Shown here: positions 28,346 to 41,010 of the stretch, piece after piece
Layout: each line of letters begins with the position of its first letter
Position numbering within the stretch: the first letter of the stretch is position 1
DNA from: Ignavibacteria bacterium
GTDB taxonomy: Bacteria > Bacteroidota > Ignavibacteria > Ignavibacteriales > Ignavibacteriaceae
Reading direction: 5' to 3'
NCBI GenBank assembly: GCA_037440065.1
Contig: JBBIUV010000015.1
Span: 644,774 to 708,773, forward strand
DNA: 64,000 nucleotides
Notes under the pieces: generated by a model
Told to the model about the DNA's origin: nothing
The model's database searches: none
What the model saw: only the letters and a program-made list of their open reading frames with translations
Translations under genes and position numbers: made by a program

Positions 28346-28552
28346 GTGAGTTCCTTTTTCTATTTGTGCAAATTTACAAAAAAAAATGTAATGTTCAGTT
28401 AAAAAATTGTTTTTTCATTTTGTCATTATACCGGAACGGTCTCGACCGTTCCCTACATTATGAAACAGAAAATATGTTGTAGGGAACGCTCGTGAGCGTC
28501 CGTTGAATGTTAGACACCTAAAATGACCACTGACTATTGCCAATGACGGGCA

Positions 28553-30520
28553 CTAAAGCGAAAAATTAATTCCAGCGTAAATAGATTGCCTTTCTGTTCC
28601 GTAACCTAAAATTTCTTCATACTTTTCATCGAAAATATTGTGCAGTTTGGCAAAAACTTCAAACATGTTTGTGATTTTATATGAAGCCGACATATTTACC
28701 ACTGTATAACTTTTCAGCTGAATGCGTTGAACCGGAAATGTTGAAAAATCTTTGTCGTCACGAATTCCCGTATATAGAATTTCAAGACCAAGATTAAGCT
28801 TTTCGTTTAAGAATAAAATGCTTGAGAGCGAGGCTTTATCTTGAGGTCTGCGAAGTAGCGGAAAATCTTTTTCTGGACTGTCATCGCTTTTATCTTTTGT
28901 TTTTGTTAAAGTGTAGGAAAAGTTAAAAATAGCGGCATGTTCCATCTTATATTTAACACCAAACTCAACACCTTTCATTTCAGCCTTAGCTAAATTAATT
29001 ACTGTAGACGAAAATGTTACGGGGTCGTAAACAAAACTGAAAAGATCACTAAAGGTGTTAGAGAAATAGGAAACTTCTAAGGATAATTTATTCTCCAATA
29101 AAAACTGTTCTATTCCAACGTCCCATCCTTTGCTTTTTTCTGGTTTAAGATCAGAGTTACCGTAAGCAGGATCAAAAAGATTGAAAAGTGATGGAGCCTT
29201 AAAACCGGTACCATATGTTGCACGGATTTTTGTTCCTGTTTCTTCAATAAAATAAACCGGTGCAATTCTGAAAGTTTTAACAGAACCAAATCTTTTATGT
29301 TTGTCATACCGGATGCCGAGCGTTGTAATGAAATTTTTGCTGATTGATAGTTGATCTTGAGCAAAAAGTCCGAAAGTTGTTGTTCTCGTGTTTGGGAAAA
29401 AACTATTGTATGGACCCCACTCACTGTTTGAATAATAATCAGCAACCGCGGTTTCTTCTTCTCCTTCCGCTCCTATTGTGATACGGTTATTATCTAATAA
29501 GTTCAAGGTATTCAACCACTCAATTTTCTTTTTTGTCCCATCATATCGTGCATCGGAAGAAGCTGTGGGATGGTTTGCATCCACACCATCAACATATTTT
29601 CTAAAATTGCGCCCGTAGTTAAATGAGACTGATTGATCCCATTGTTTATCGAATAGAGAAAAATCAAGCGACGTTTTAAAAACTGTTTCTTGAAGCGAAT
29701 ACGAATAATTCGGATCATCTCCGTTTATTCCGCTTCCGGCATCAAGACTGGCATTAGCTTTGTTGAATCGGAGAAACAAAGAAAGTGAAATATCTTCAGG
29801 AAAATCATAGCTAAATTTTGAAGTGAAAGCGGAAGTTTTATATCCATCCGCTTCGGTATTTCCGTATTGCTCGGAAGCGGAAGAAAATCCTTTTGTTTTA
29901 AAATCATTTGCTGATACTAAATAACTTAACCCTTCCTCGCCACCTGAAACAGAAACGCTTGAGCGCAAACTGTTATATGAACCACCTTCAAGATGCGCAG
30001 TTGTGTTTAATCCTTGAGAGCCTTTCCTGGTAAAGATCGAAATCACTCCAGCAAGTGCATCTGAACCATATAATGTGCTTTGCGGTCCGCGGAGAATTTC
30101 GATCCGTTCAATATCTGAGGCTTGAAGATTTGAAAAATCAAAGGCATTGCTCACATCGCCGGGATTATTCATCTCCACACCATCAATTAGTACAAGTGTC
30201 TGTCCGGGATTAGCACCTCGTAAAAAAACCGTAGCAAGTTTTCCCGTTCCTCCTTGCTGAACCAGAAAAACTCCCGGAACTTCCGAAAGTAATTCCAGAA
30301 CGGTTCCCTTTTTTGATTGCTCAATTTCTGTCCGGTCAATCACCGTTATTGCTGAACCGACTTGAGTTGAAAGAGTTGCTGATTTTGTTGCCGAAACGAC
30401 AACATCAGAAAGATGATAAGTACGAAGGGTATCGCTCTCCGGTTTATTCCCTCCGGCTTTTACAACCGAAAAAATAAGAAGAAGAAAAATGAGAACCCTT
30501 GAAAAAAAAGTACGAGCCAT
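28553..30520 (-). CDS. btuB: TonB-dependent receptor (vitamin B12 / BtuB-like)
   Basis: Signal peptide, TonB box DVVVSAT, plug domain, 22-strand barrel. Cobalamin riboswitch immediately upstream. Confidence 0.8.
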   Translation of the reverse strand: MARTFFSRVLIFLLLIFSVVKAGGNKPESDTLRTYHLSDVVVSATKSATLSTQVGSAITVIDRTEIEQSKKGTVLELLSEVPGVFLVQQGGTGKLATVFLRGANPGQTLVLIDGVEMNNPGDVSNAFDFSNLQASDIERIEILRGPQSTLYGSDALAGVISIFTRKGSQGLNTTAHLEGGSYNSLRSSVSVSGGEEGLSYLVSANDFKTKGFSSASEQYGNTEADGYKTSAFTSKFSYDFPEDISLSLFLRFNKANASLDAGSGINGDDPNYSYSLQETVFKTSLDFSLFDKQWDQSVSFNYGRNFRKYVDGVDANHPTASSDARYDGTKKKIEWLNTLNLLDNNRITIGAEGEEETAVADYYSNSEWGPYNSFFPNTRTTTFGLFAQDQLSISKNFITTLGIRYDKHKRFGSVKTFRIAPVYFIEETGTKIRATYGTGFKAPSLFNLFDPAYGNSDLKPEKSKGWDVGIEQFLLENKLSLEVSYFSNTFSDLFSFVYDPVTFSSTVINLAKAEMKGVEFGVKYKMEHAAIFNFSYTLTKTKDKSDDSPEKDFPLLRRPQDKASLSSILFLNEKLNLGLEILYTGIRDDKDFSTFPVQRIQLKSYTVVNMSASYKITNMFEVFAKLHNIFDEKYEEILGYGTERQSIYAGINFSL

Positions 30521-30544
30521 AGAAGTTACTCCTATAAAATTAAG

Positions 30545-30800
30545 TTAAATGAATTAGGTTGTAACTTCGTGGGATAGAAAGAAATGAATTACGAAACGGC
30601 ACGCATGGGCGAACAAGCTTCATTAATCCAACCTTACCCGCGAAGGTTGATTAAAATATGTACGGCAGGTCTCCTGACTTTTAACTACTCATTTTGGAAG
30701 CAGTTATTTCACAGTTGCGCGACAGCTCCGGATTCTCACCGGATTCCCTATCATTCCCGTTCTATGCGGGACACCGTAACAATCTTAAAAGAACGGGTCA
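30545..30800 (-). ncRNA. Cobalamin (AdoCbl) riboswitch in the 5' leader of btuB
   Basis: Minus strand reads ...GGTGTCCCGCATAGAACGGGAATGATAGGGAATCCGGTGAGAATCCGGAGCTGTCGCGCAACTGTGAAAT...AGTCAGGAGACCTGCCGTAAC..., matching the cobalamin-riboswitch core and B12 box. A hairpin AACCTTcgcgggtaAGGTT lies before the btuB ATG. Confidence 0.75.
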
Positions 30801-31031
30801 AATCTAATGGAATTGTTTTTGAAAACAAAATGGAAGTAAAATATTAAGGGGAATGAATGAAAATATATGGACGAATAGAAATTGAATGGATAACAGTTTG
30901 TATGTATAAGTAACTTTTTTTTATAGTTTGCTATTAAACGAATTGAAAACTTTCCGAAAAGGGAAAAGTTGAGAATTTGGGAGAAATACAATTGTTTTCT
31001 CCCATGATTTCAAAGTTATTAAATACTTCTT

Positions 31032-32969
31032 CTACTCTTGATTTGGAGTAACTAATTGTTTGTTCTGATCTTCATTTCCGTTTTTCCTTGGGTCAATCAT
31101 TTCCATTAATTTTAGCCCGAGAATTCCTTCTATTGCCGTGCCGTTGGAATTATTGCCGCCGATCAAAACATCGGGGATTAGTTTAATATGTCCTTTCGAT
31201 AATTCCTCTGTAATTTTATAACGGGTAAAGTTTTCTCCGCCTAAGGCTTTAACTGCAAGTTCGTACGCTTCGGCAGTAGATTTACCGATGGCTAATATTT
31301 TGCCGGCTTCAGCGTTTCCGGTTAATGAGATCTGTTCTGCTTGTGCTGAAGCTTTAAGTTTTATTGCTTCCGAATCAGCTTGAGCTCTGGCTCTTGTTGA
31401 TTCCGCTTCTGCATGAGCGCGCATTTTGGTTGCTTCGGCTTCCGCACTTACGGCAAGTTTAACACTTGTCGCGTCCCCTTCGGCTTTCTTTACAGTTGCG
31501 TTTGCGGTACGTTCGGAGATTTCCACACTTTGCTGAGCTTTTACAATATCTTTTTGCATATCGGCGATGGCGGTTTCTTTTTCCATTCCCTGTCTAGTTT
31601 CCTGCGCTTTCTTTTGAGTTTCATACGTTACTTTTTGTTCTTCGGCAATTTTTCTATCAGTTAAAGTTTTCATAAGCGTTTCGGGCGGAACAATATCTCC
31701 AATCAAAGTATCAACGGCATTAACGTTATATTCATCCAAAACTTTTTTGATATGTGATTTAGCAGATTCTTGTCTTTCTTTACGTGTGCTTAGAAAAGCA
31801 ATAACATCACTGTCCTGTGCTGAATTCCTGAAATAATTTCCGATGGTTGGTTCTAATACCTGGGAAACTAAATTTACCATATTCCCGAAACGGGCAATTA
31901 CTTTTGGAGCTTCAGTTGAAGGAACATGAATAATTTGCGCTACATCAAGATTGAAGGGAAAACCATCTTTTGAACGGACGGTGATGGTAGAAAGATTTTT
32001 ATCGAGATTATGTGCTTCGCTTCTTGCATTTGCCCAGTTGAGAACTAAATTTGTTGTTGGAACTAATTCTACTTTCATGATATACTTATTGATGGGATAT
32101 TTTCCCGGACCAAGTGGTTCCAACCAAACACCTTTAAAACCTTTTTCAACAATGTTTCCATGTTTAAAATCGTTTCCGGTTAAATCTTTTCCTTCCTGAC
32201 CGATATACGAGATTACAACTCCAACATAACCAATAGGAATTTCAGTCATCGGGATTTCCTCTATTTGAATCGCCCAGGGATTTAAATTATAAGAGCCGGC
32301 TAGAATAACTTGTGGCTGCAATCCTCTGTTTCCACCATTTTTAATAAAACTATTAAAATCTTGGAAGTTATTATGTCCCTCAATGATCTGTCCTGCAATT
32401 TGTCCGGCTTGAATCGGTTGACCATCTAAAGTAGTGACGATACCTACCATACTTTCCTGAATGCGGATCATATCTGTAATTGAAATACTAAACAACATTG
32501 TATTTATACGGTAAGAACCTGCTGTAAGGTATGAGGTTTGTCTTCCACGTTGACCATTGTTATTAAGAAATTTCTCCGCGTCTTGAAAACTATCTGAGTC
32601 AACTTCATGAGCAAGAATATTTCCGGTAGGAATTCCTGCACCGTCTTTCGCCAAAACCAATCCTATTTTACCCTCGGGAATAACAGTGAACGATTCCATG
32701 GTAATATCATATTGCCAAACCCATTTTCCGAAATATAATCCTGGGGCTAACGCTTTTGCTTGAAATCCGGCTTCTCCTTTTGTTGCAATAATTCTACCGT
32801 CCGGCAATTCTTTGTTATCTCCAAGAAGAACAAACTTTTTTGTTACGAGACCAATTTTATCTTCCGGAACGATTACCATCCCGAATAAAAATCTAAAAAT
32901 AAACTTATAGAAACCAATACAGAGTAATATTAAAATTACCCACCAATAACTCCAAATAATATTTTCCAT
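31032..32969 (-). CDS. Flotillin-family (SPFH/band-7, YqiK-like) membrane protein with long coiled-coil tail
   Basis: N-terminal TM, SPFH domain, Ala/Glu-rich coiled coil (...AEAEATKMRAHAEAESTRARAQADSEAIKLKASAQAEQ...). Confidence 0.75.
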   Translation of the reverse strand: MENIIWSYWWVILILLCIGFYKFIFRFLFGMVIVPEDKIGLVTKKFVLLGDNKELPDGRIIATKGEAGFQAKALAPGLYFGKWVWQYDITMESFTVIPEGKIGLVLAKDGAGIPTGNILAHEVDSDSFQDAEKFLNNNGQRGRQTSYLTAGSYRINTMLFSISITDMIRIQESMVGIVTTLDGQPIQAGQIAGQIIEGHNNFQDFNSFIKNGGNRGLQPQVILAGSYNLNPWAIQIEEIPMTEIPIGYVGVVISYIGQEGKDLTGNDFKHGNIVEKGFKGVWLEPLGPGKYPINKYIMKVELVPTTNLVLNWANARSEAHNLDKNLSTITVRSKDGFPFNLDVAQIIHVPSTEAPKVIARFGNMVNLVSQVLEPTIGNYFRNSAQDSDVIAFLSTRKERQESAKSHIKKVLDEYNVNAVDTLIGDIVPPETLMKTLTDRKIAEEQKVTYETQKKAQETRQGMEKETAIADMQKDIVKAQQSVEISERTANATVKKAEGDATSVKLAVSAEAEATKMRAHAEAESTRARAQADSEAIKLKASAQAEQISLTGNAEAGKILAIGKSTAEAYELAVKALGGENFTRYKITEELSKGHIKLIPDVLIGGNNSNGTAIEGILGLKLMEMIDPRKNGNEDQNKQLVTPNQE

Positions 32970-33206
32970 GATACTCCGTTGTTTATAAATGAATTGTTTG
33001 TTCTATCGGAAAATAAATATTTTTTTTGTCATAACAAGATTTACCCTTAACGATTACAATTACGTGAATAAGAATAAATAATAGTAAACGATTAAATGAA
33101 GAATACAATTTTGGTTTGATACTTGTTTACGTAAAGAGTAAGTTAAAAACACAAAACCAAGTTCTTTGTATAGTCAATTATAAAATTAATCTACAAAGGT
33201 GAAACG

Positions 33207-33761
33207 ATGAAGAGTTGCATCAACCATCCCAAAAGAGAAGCACTATCAATCTGTCATGGTTGCGGAAACGATTATTGTGAATTGTGCCTGGATGAGGGGA
33301 AAGAATTCTACTATTGCAAAAAGCCGGAGTGTCAGGAATTGTTCAAAAAAGAAATGCCTGCAGGGAAATTAGCACCCGACATTGTTTGTCCCGGTTGCAA
33401 AAGCGAGATAGAACTTTCCGAAAATGAAATGTACAACGGAAAAGTTCACTGCCCCGAATGCGAGGTTTTGATAGATTTTACGATTACTCCTCATGTAATA
33501 TTAGCAAAGGAAAATTATGTAGAATTATTTTCTTCGCTTAACCAGGGAGATATTGCACTGATTAAATCACTACTGGAAGATGCCCAAATTGATTACTACA
33601 CCACAGGAGAGAATTTTTTAAGTGTTGATCCGTTAATACAACCCGCCAGATTTTTTATAAGTGAATTACAAGTTGAAGAAGTAAAAGAACTTCTTAAAGA
33701 ATTTAAATTACACATCTGGGGGACTTCAAAAGAGCAAGAGGAAGAATCTTTAAACGAATGA
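33207..33761 (+). CDS. Double zinc-ribbon plus DUF2007-like protein
   Basis: CINHP...CHGCGNDYCELC, CPGC...CPEC ribbons; C-terminal DUF2007-like fold. Paralogous architecture to the 4686 gene. Confidence 0.45.
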   Translation: MKSCINHPKREALSICHGCGNDYCELCLDEGKEFYYCKKPECQELFKKEMPAGKLAPDIVCPGCKSEIELSENEMYNGKVHCPECEVLIDFTITPHVILAKENYVELFSSLNQGDIALIKSLLEDAQIDYYTTGENFLSVDPLIQPARFFISELQVEEVKELLKEFKLHIWGTSKEQEEESLNE

Positions 33762-33956
33762 GGATTGAAATAAACAAAAATATGTAACTTTTTCCACTTC
33801 AAATTGCATATCGTAAATAGAATTCTTAATTTTCTTTTAGATGAAAAAAAAATTGCTCACTTTTGAACGCAACCTAAAATATAATGAAACCTGTTTTAGC
33901 GCCGACATTCAATCAACAATTCCATTTCCTAAAATCTTAAAAAAAGGAGAATATGA

Positions 33957-34619
33957 ATGAGTTGGTTCACTGATTTCACCAATTCCTCACTCGGTAAAAA
34001 GTTTATTATGGCTCTTACCGGTACCCTGCTGATGTTGTTCCTTATTGTGCACTTCATCGGCAACATGATGCTCTACTTCGGTCCCGCCGCTTTTCAAACA
34101 TATGTTGAAACACTTGAAGCCGTTAAACCTGCAGTTAGAGTAATCGAAATAGTTCTAGCCTTGATCTTTATCTATCATATTTATAACGGTGTAAGATTAT
34201 GGCTTCAGAATAAAAAAGCTAACCCGCAGAAATATGCTGTTAGCGCCGATAGCGAGAATTCTACAATCTTCTCTCGCAGCATGGCAATAACTGGAACAGT
34301 TATTTTTATTTTTCTCGGAATTCATTTATCAACTTTTTGGGCAGGTTTTAATTTTGGTGTTCATCCCGAGGGCGAATATCCCTTTTACACAATTGTAGCT
34401 CAGTGGTTTGCCTCTCCGGTTTATTCATTAATTTATATTGTTTCAATGGGATTCTTAGGGTTCCATTTGAATCATGCGTTCCAAAGCGCATTCCAAACTT
34501 TCGGACTAAATCATAAAAAATATACTCCGTTAATTAAAAAATTAGGAACAATTTACGCGCTGATCATGGCGTTAGGTTTCGCATCTATTCCAATCTACTT
34601 TTTGATGGGAGGCAAATAA
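33957..34619 (+). CDS. sdhC: Succinate dehydrogenase/fumarate reductase cytochrome b subunit
   Basis: 220-aa five-TM b-type cytochrome immediately upstream of sdhA/sdhB. His residues in TM helices. Confidence 0.7.
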   Translation: MSWFTDFTNSSLGKKFIMALTGTLLMLFLIVHFIGNMMLYFGPAAFQTYVETLEAVKPAVRVIEIVLALIFIYHIYNGVRLWLQNKKANPQKYAVSADSENSTIFSRSMAITGTVIFIFLGIHLSTFWAGFNFGVHPEGEYPFYTIVAQWFASPVYSLIYIVSMGFLGFHLNHAFQSAFQTFGLNHKKYTPLIKKLGTIYALIMALGFASIPIYFLMGGK

Positions 34620-36529
34620 TGATAACGTTAAAATCTAATGTACCTGAAGGTAACATCGCAGAAAAATGGTCCAATCATAAATTCTCAATGAAGTTGGTTA
34701 ATCCGGCGAACAAGAGAAAATTTGATATTATCGTTGTAGGAACTGGTTTAGCAGGCGCTTCAGCCGCAGCAACTTTGGGCGAACTTGGTTACAAAGTAAA
34801 AGCTTTTACGTATCACGATTCTCCGCGCCGTGCACACTCAATTGCAGCACAAGGTGGAATTAACGCCGCTAAAAATTATCAGAATGATGCCGACTCTGTT
34901 TACCGCTTATTTTATGATACGGTAAAAGGAGGCGACTTCCGCGCTCGCGAAGCAAATGTTTACCGTTTAGCAGAAGTAAGCAACAACATTATTGATCAAT
35001 GTGTTGCGCAGGGCGTTCCTTTTGCAAGAGAATATGGCGGAACGTTGGCAAATCGTTCATTTGGTGGCGCGCAAGTTTCAAGAACGTTTTATGCGCGCGG
35101 TGAAACGGGGCAACAATTATTACTTGGTGCCTACGGTTCACTAAATAGGCAAATCCATCTTGGAAATGTTAAGATGTTCAATCGTAGAGAGATGCTTGAC
35201 TTAGTACTGGTTGATGGTAAAGCAAAAGGAATAATTGTAAGAAATTTACTTACCGGCGAAATTGAAAGACATGCTGCGCAAGCTGTGGTTCTTGCAACAG
35301 GCGGATATGTGAACGTTTATTTCCTTTCAACCAATGCGATGAACAGCAATGCAACTGCATCATGGCGCGCACATAAACGTGGAGCTGCATTCGCAAATCC
35401 ATGTTACACACAAATCCACCCAACTTGTCTTCCGGTGCATGGAGAAGCTCAATCCAAATTAGTGTTGATGAGTGAAAGTTTGAGGAACGATGGAAGAATT
35501 TGGGTTCCTAAAAAAGTGCGCGATCATCGTCCCCCAAATCAAATTCCCGAAGAAGAAAGAGATTATTATCTTGAAAGAAGATATCCCGCATTCGGAAATT
35601 TAGTACCGAGGGATGTTGCTTCCCGTAACGCAAAATATGTTTGCGATGAAAACCGCGGTGTAAACGGCGGGCGTTCCGTTTATCTCGATTTCTCAGAAGC
35701 TTTTGGTAGAATCGGAAAGGATGGAGTGAAAGACCGATACGGAAACTTGTTTGATATGTACCAAAACATTACCGGTGTTGATCCTTACGAAGTACCGATG
35801 CAGATTTATCCCGCGCCTCATTATGCAATGGGCGGTTTGTGGGTAGATTATAATTTGATGAGCAACGTTCCCGGTTTGTTTGTACTTGGAGAAGCAAATT
35901 TCTCTGATCACGGTGCAAATCGGCTTGGCGCAAGCGCGTTGATGCAAGGTCTGGCAGATGGTTACTTTGTTATTCCTTACACAATCGGGAATTATCTCGC
36001 AACCGAAAAACCGGAAAAGGCTAATCCCGAAAGCACTGAATTCAAAGAAACCGAAAAAGAGGTTGACAACGACATAAAAAAACTTCTTTCGATCAACGGA
36101 AAACAAACCGTTGACGCGATTCACAAAAAACTCGGATTAATTTTAATCGATAAAGTTGGAATGTCGCGTGATGAAAAGGGATTGAACGAAGCGATTAAAA
36201 AGATAAAAGATTTGAGAGAAGAATTCTGGACGGACGTAAAAGTAGTTGGTAAAGGAGAGGAACTTAATCAAACTTTAGAACGCGCCGGAAGAGTTGCTGA
36301 TTTTCTTGAGCTTGGCGAATTGATGGCTAAGGATGCTCTCAACAGGAATGAAAGCTGTGGAGGACATTTCCGTGAAGAATACCAAACACCCGAAGGCGAA
36401 GCTTTAAGAAGAGATGATGAATATTCCTATGTAGCTTCATGGGATTATAAAAAAGCAGGTGAATGGGAATTGGCAAAAGAAAATCTCGAATTTACAAATA
36501 TTAAATTAGCTACGAGGAGTTATAAATAA
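34619..36529 (+). CDS. sdhA: Succinate dehydrogenase/fumarate reductase flavoprotein subunit
   Basis: [19 protein letters not shown] fold, [12 protein letters not shown] covalent-FAD His motif. 636 aa. Confidence 0.9.
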   Translation: MITLKSNVPEGNIAEKWSNHKFSMKLVNPANKRKFDIIVVGTGLAGASAAATLGELGYKVKAFTYHDSPRRAHSIAAQGGINAAKNYQNDADSVYRLFYDTVKGGDFRAREANVYRLAEVSNNIIDQCVAQGVPFAREYGGTLANRSFGGAQVSRTFYARGETGQQLLLGAYGSLNRQIHLGNVKMFNRREMLDLVLVDGKAKGIIVRNLLTGEIERHAAQAVVLATGGYVNVYFLSTNAMNSNATASWRAHKRGAAFANPCYTQIHPTCLPVHGEAQSKLVLMSESLRNDGRIWVPKKVRDHRPPNQIPEEERDYYLERRYPAFGNLVPRDVASRNAKYVCDENRGVNGGRSVYLDFSEAFGRIGKDGVKDRYGNLFDMYQNITGVDPYEVPMQIYPAPHYAMGGLWVDYNLMSNVPGLFVLGEANFSDHGANRLGASALMQGLADGYFVIPYTIGNYLATEKPEKANPESTEFKETEKEVDNDIKKLLSINGKQTVDAIHKKLGLILIDKVGMSRDEKGLNEAIKKIKDLREEFWTDVKVVGKGEELNQTLERAGRVADFLELGELMAKDALNRNESCGGHFREEYQTPEGEALRRDDEYSYVASWDYKKAGEWELAKENLEFTNIKLATRSYK

Positions 36530-37293
36530 TGAGCAGTAATCATATAACCTTGAAGTTAAAAATCTGGCGTCAAGAAAATAACAAAGCTAAAGGACACTTT
36601 GACGAATTCAATCAAAAGGTTTCTCCCGATTCTTCAATTCTTGAGATGCTTGATGAAGTGAATAACAAATTGGAAGCAGAAGGGAAAATCCCGATAGCGT
36701 TTGAAAGCGATTGCCGTGAAGGAATTTGCGGAACTTGCGGACTATCTGTAAACGGACATCCGCACGGACCGTTACCCAAAACAGCAACGTGTCAATTACA
36801 TATGCGCAATTTCAAAGACGGTGAAACACTTTATATTGAGCCGTTTAGAGCCACTGCGTTTCAAGTGATAAAAGATTTAATCGTCGACCGTTCCGGATTT
36901 GATAAAATTCAACAAGCCGGGGGATATACTTCTATCAATGCGGGAAGCGCGCAAGACGCAAACGCCATTCTGATTTCAAAAGAGAATGCCGACCTTTCAC
37001 TTGATGCGGCTGAATGTATCGGCTGCGGCGCATGCGTTGCGGCTTGTAAGAATTCTTCTGCAATGCTTTTTGTAAGCGCTAAAGTTTCTCAATTCGCCTT
37101 ACTTCCGCAAGGACAACCGGAGCGTTACGATCGTGTGCAAGCGATGGTAAAAGTTATGGATGAGAACGCTTTCGGTAATTGTACAAATACTTACGCGTGC
37201 GAAGCCGAATGCCCGAAAGGAATTTCAGTTAGCAATATCGCCCGCATGAACCGTGATTATTTCAAAGCAAAACTCTGCGGTGAAAAAGTATAA
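36529..37293 (+). CDS. sdhB: Succinate dehydrogenase/fumarate reductase iron-sulfur subunit
   Basis: CREGICGTCG (2Fe-2S), CIGCGACVAAC (4Fe-4S), CTNTYACEAECP (3Fe-4S). Confidence 0.9.
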   Translation: MSSNHITLKLKIWRQENNKAKGHFDEFNQKVSPDSSILEMLDEVNNKLEAEGKIPIAFESDCREGICGTCGLSVNGHPHGPLPKTATCQLHMRNFKDGETLYIEPFRATAFQVIKDLIVDRSGFDKIQQAGGYTSINAGSAQDANAILISKENADLSLDAAECIGCGACVAACKNSSAMLFVSAKVSQFALLPQGQPERYDRVQAMVKVMDENAFGNCTNTYACEAECPKGISVSNIARMNRDYFKAKLCGEKV

Positions 37294-37320
37294 TAATTAA
37301 TCTGATGTAGCAGTTTCTAA

Positions 37321-37356
37321 AAATCCCGATTGGAGATCAATCGGGATTTTTTATTT
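37321..37356 (+). terminator. Rho-independent terminator after sdhB
   Basis: cccgattg-gagat-caatcggg perfect 8-bp stem followed by attttttatttg. Confidence 0.6.
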
Positions 37357-37534
37357 GCCTTAATGGTGTGAATAAAGAACAACATTGCTTCTCACCAAAA
37401 AGAAATTTATTTTTCGAGTGAGTAATTTTTTTTACTTGTCAACTTCCCGTCATAATTTCTAGCAACTGCTCACTCAAAATAGACGGAACACTAACGTCCC
37501 GTTGTAATAATTAATTTTAGGTAAGAGGTGAATC

Positions 37535-38149
37535 ATGAAACGATGGATTCTTTCTCTCAGTCTTTGTTGTCTGTTGGGATGCTCTTCTTCCCAGCAAACC
37601 GTGGATGACTCAATTCCCCAACTGTTAATGCGGACTCCTTTACCACCTGTTCCCGCAACGGTCGTCTCTCCACATTTCGAGATGGACATGATTCTTTACA
37701 TTTTGGATGACGGCACAGTTGAACATGTTAAACTGCGCAAAGCAAGCGGTGATCCCGATTGGGATTCTGCTGCAGTAGCGTCAATTCTTAAATGGCGCTT
37801 TTCACCTGCAAGAATTGATGATAATCCAATAAGCACCTGGTACCGGATAAAAACAACTGTCCGCTACGCAAATCCGAGATATTGTTGTCTAGCGGAAATT
37901 GTTTGCAGCACAAGTGAGAAGGCAGATTCTGTTTATGCAGCACTCGTGCGGGGAGAAGATTTTGCGGTACTTGCTCAGAAATATTCAGTTGCTCCATCAA
38001 AAGAGAAAAACGGAATGCTCGGTGAAATCGACGTAAATTTGTTTCCTGAAAGCATCTGCAAAGTTTTACGCGGATTAGATAAAGGAGATTTTTCCACGCC
38101 GGTAAAGCATGGAGATAAATACGTCATTTTTAAGAAGATTAAAAGTTAA
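37535..38149 (+). CDS. Lipoprotein fusing a TonB C-terminal domain with a parvulin (PpiC)-type PPIase domain
   Basis: Lipobox LLGCSS. GTVEHVKLRKASGDPDWDSAAVASILKWRFSPARIDDNPI (TonB_C). EDFAVLAQKYSVAPSKEKNGMLGEIDVNLFPESICKVLRGLDKGDFSTPVKHGDKYVIF (parvulin). Confidence 0.55.
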   Translation: MKRWILSLSLCCLLGCSSSQQTVDDSIPQLLMRTPLPPVPATVVSPHFEMDMILYILDDGTVEHVKLRKASGDPDWDSAAVASILKWRFSPARIDDNPISTWYRIKTTVRYANPRYCCLAEIVCSTSEKADSVYAALVRGEDFAVLAQKYSVAPSKEKNGMLGEIDVNLFPESICKVLRGLDKGDFSTPVKHGDKYVIFKKIKS

Positions 38150-38226
38150 TAGCTGGTGTGATTTTTAGGTGCCAACGAGTCTGAGATTTTTTAAGAAGCG
38201 GATGCACTATTTTTTATAAGATAGGA

Positions 38227-38235
38227 GGGGGGGGG
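38227..38235. repeat. G9 homopolymeric tract in the promoter region of the 38307 gene
   Basis: ataggagGGGGGGGGGactgtg read directly, in an otherwise AT-rich intergenic region. Confidence 0.9.
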
Positions 38236-38306
38236 ACTGTGTGATCTCGATGCACGTTTCTTCGGGATTTTTTTTATTTTAAAGGTAAGAATTACCGAGA
38301 AATGAA

Positions 38307-41008
<2,702 letters not shown>

Positions 41009-41010
41009 AA

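Noticed and set aside
30584-30847. 87-aa plus-strand ORF in the btuB upstream region
   Set aside because: It lies entirely antisense to a well-formed cobalamin riboswitch. Its composition is not protein-like.
37474-37689. 71-aa minus-strand ORF
   Set aside because: It overlaps the terminator/promoter region and the 5' end of the TonB_C/parvulin gene, and has no features.
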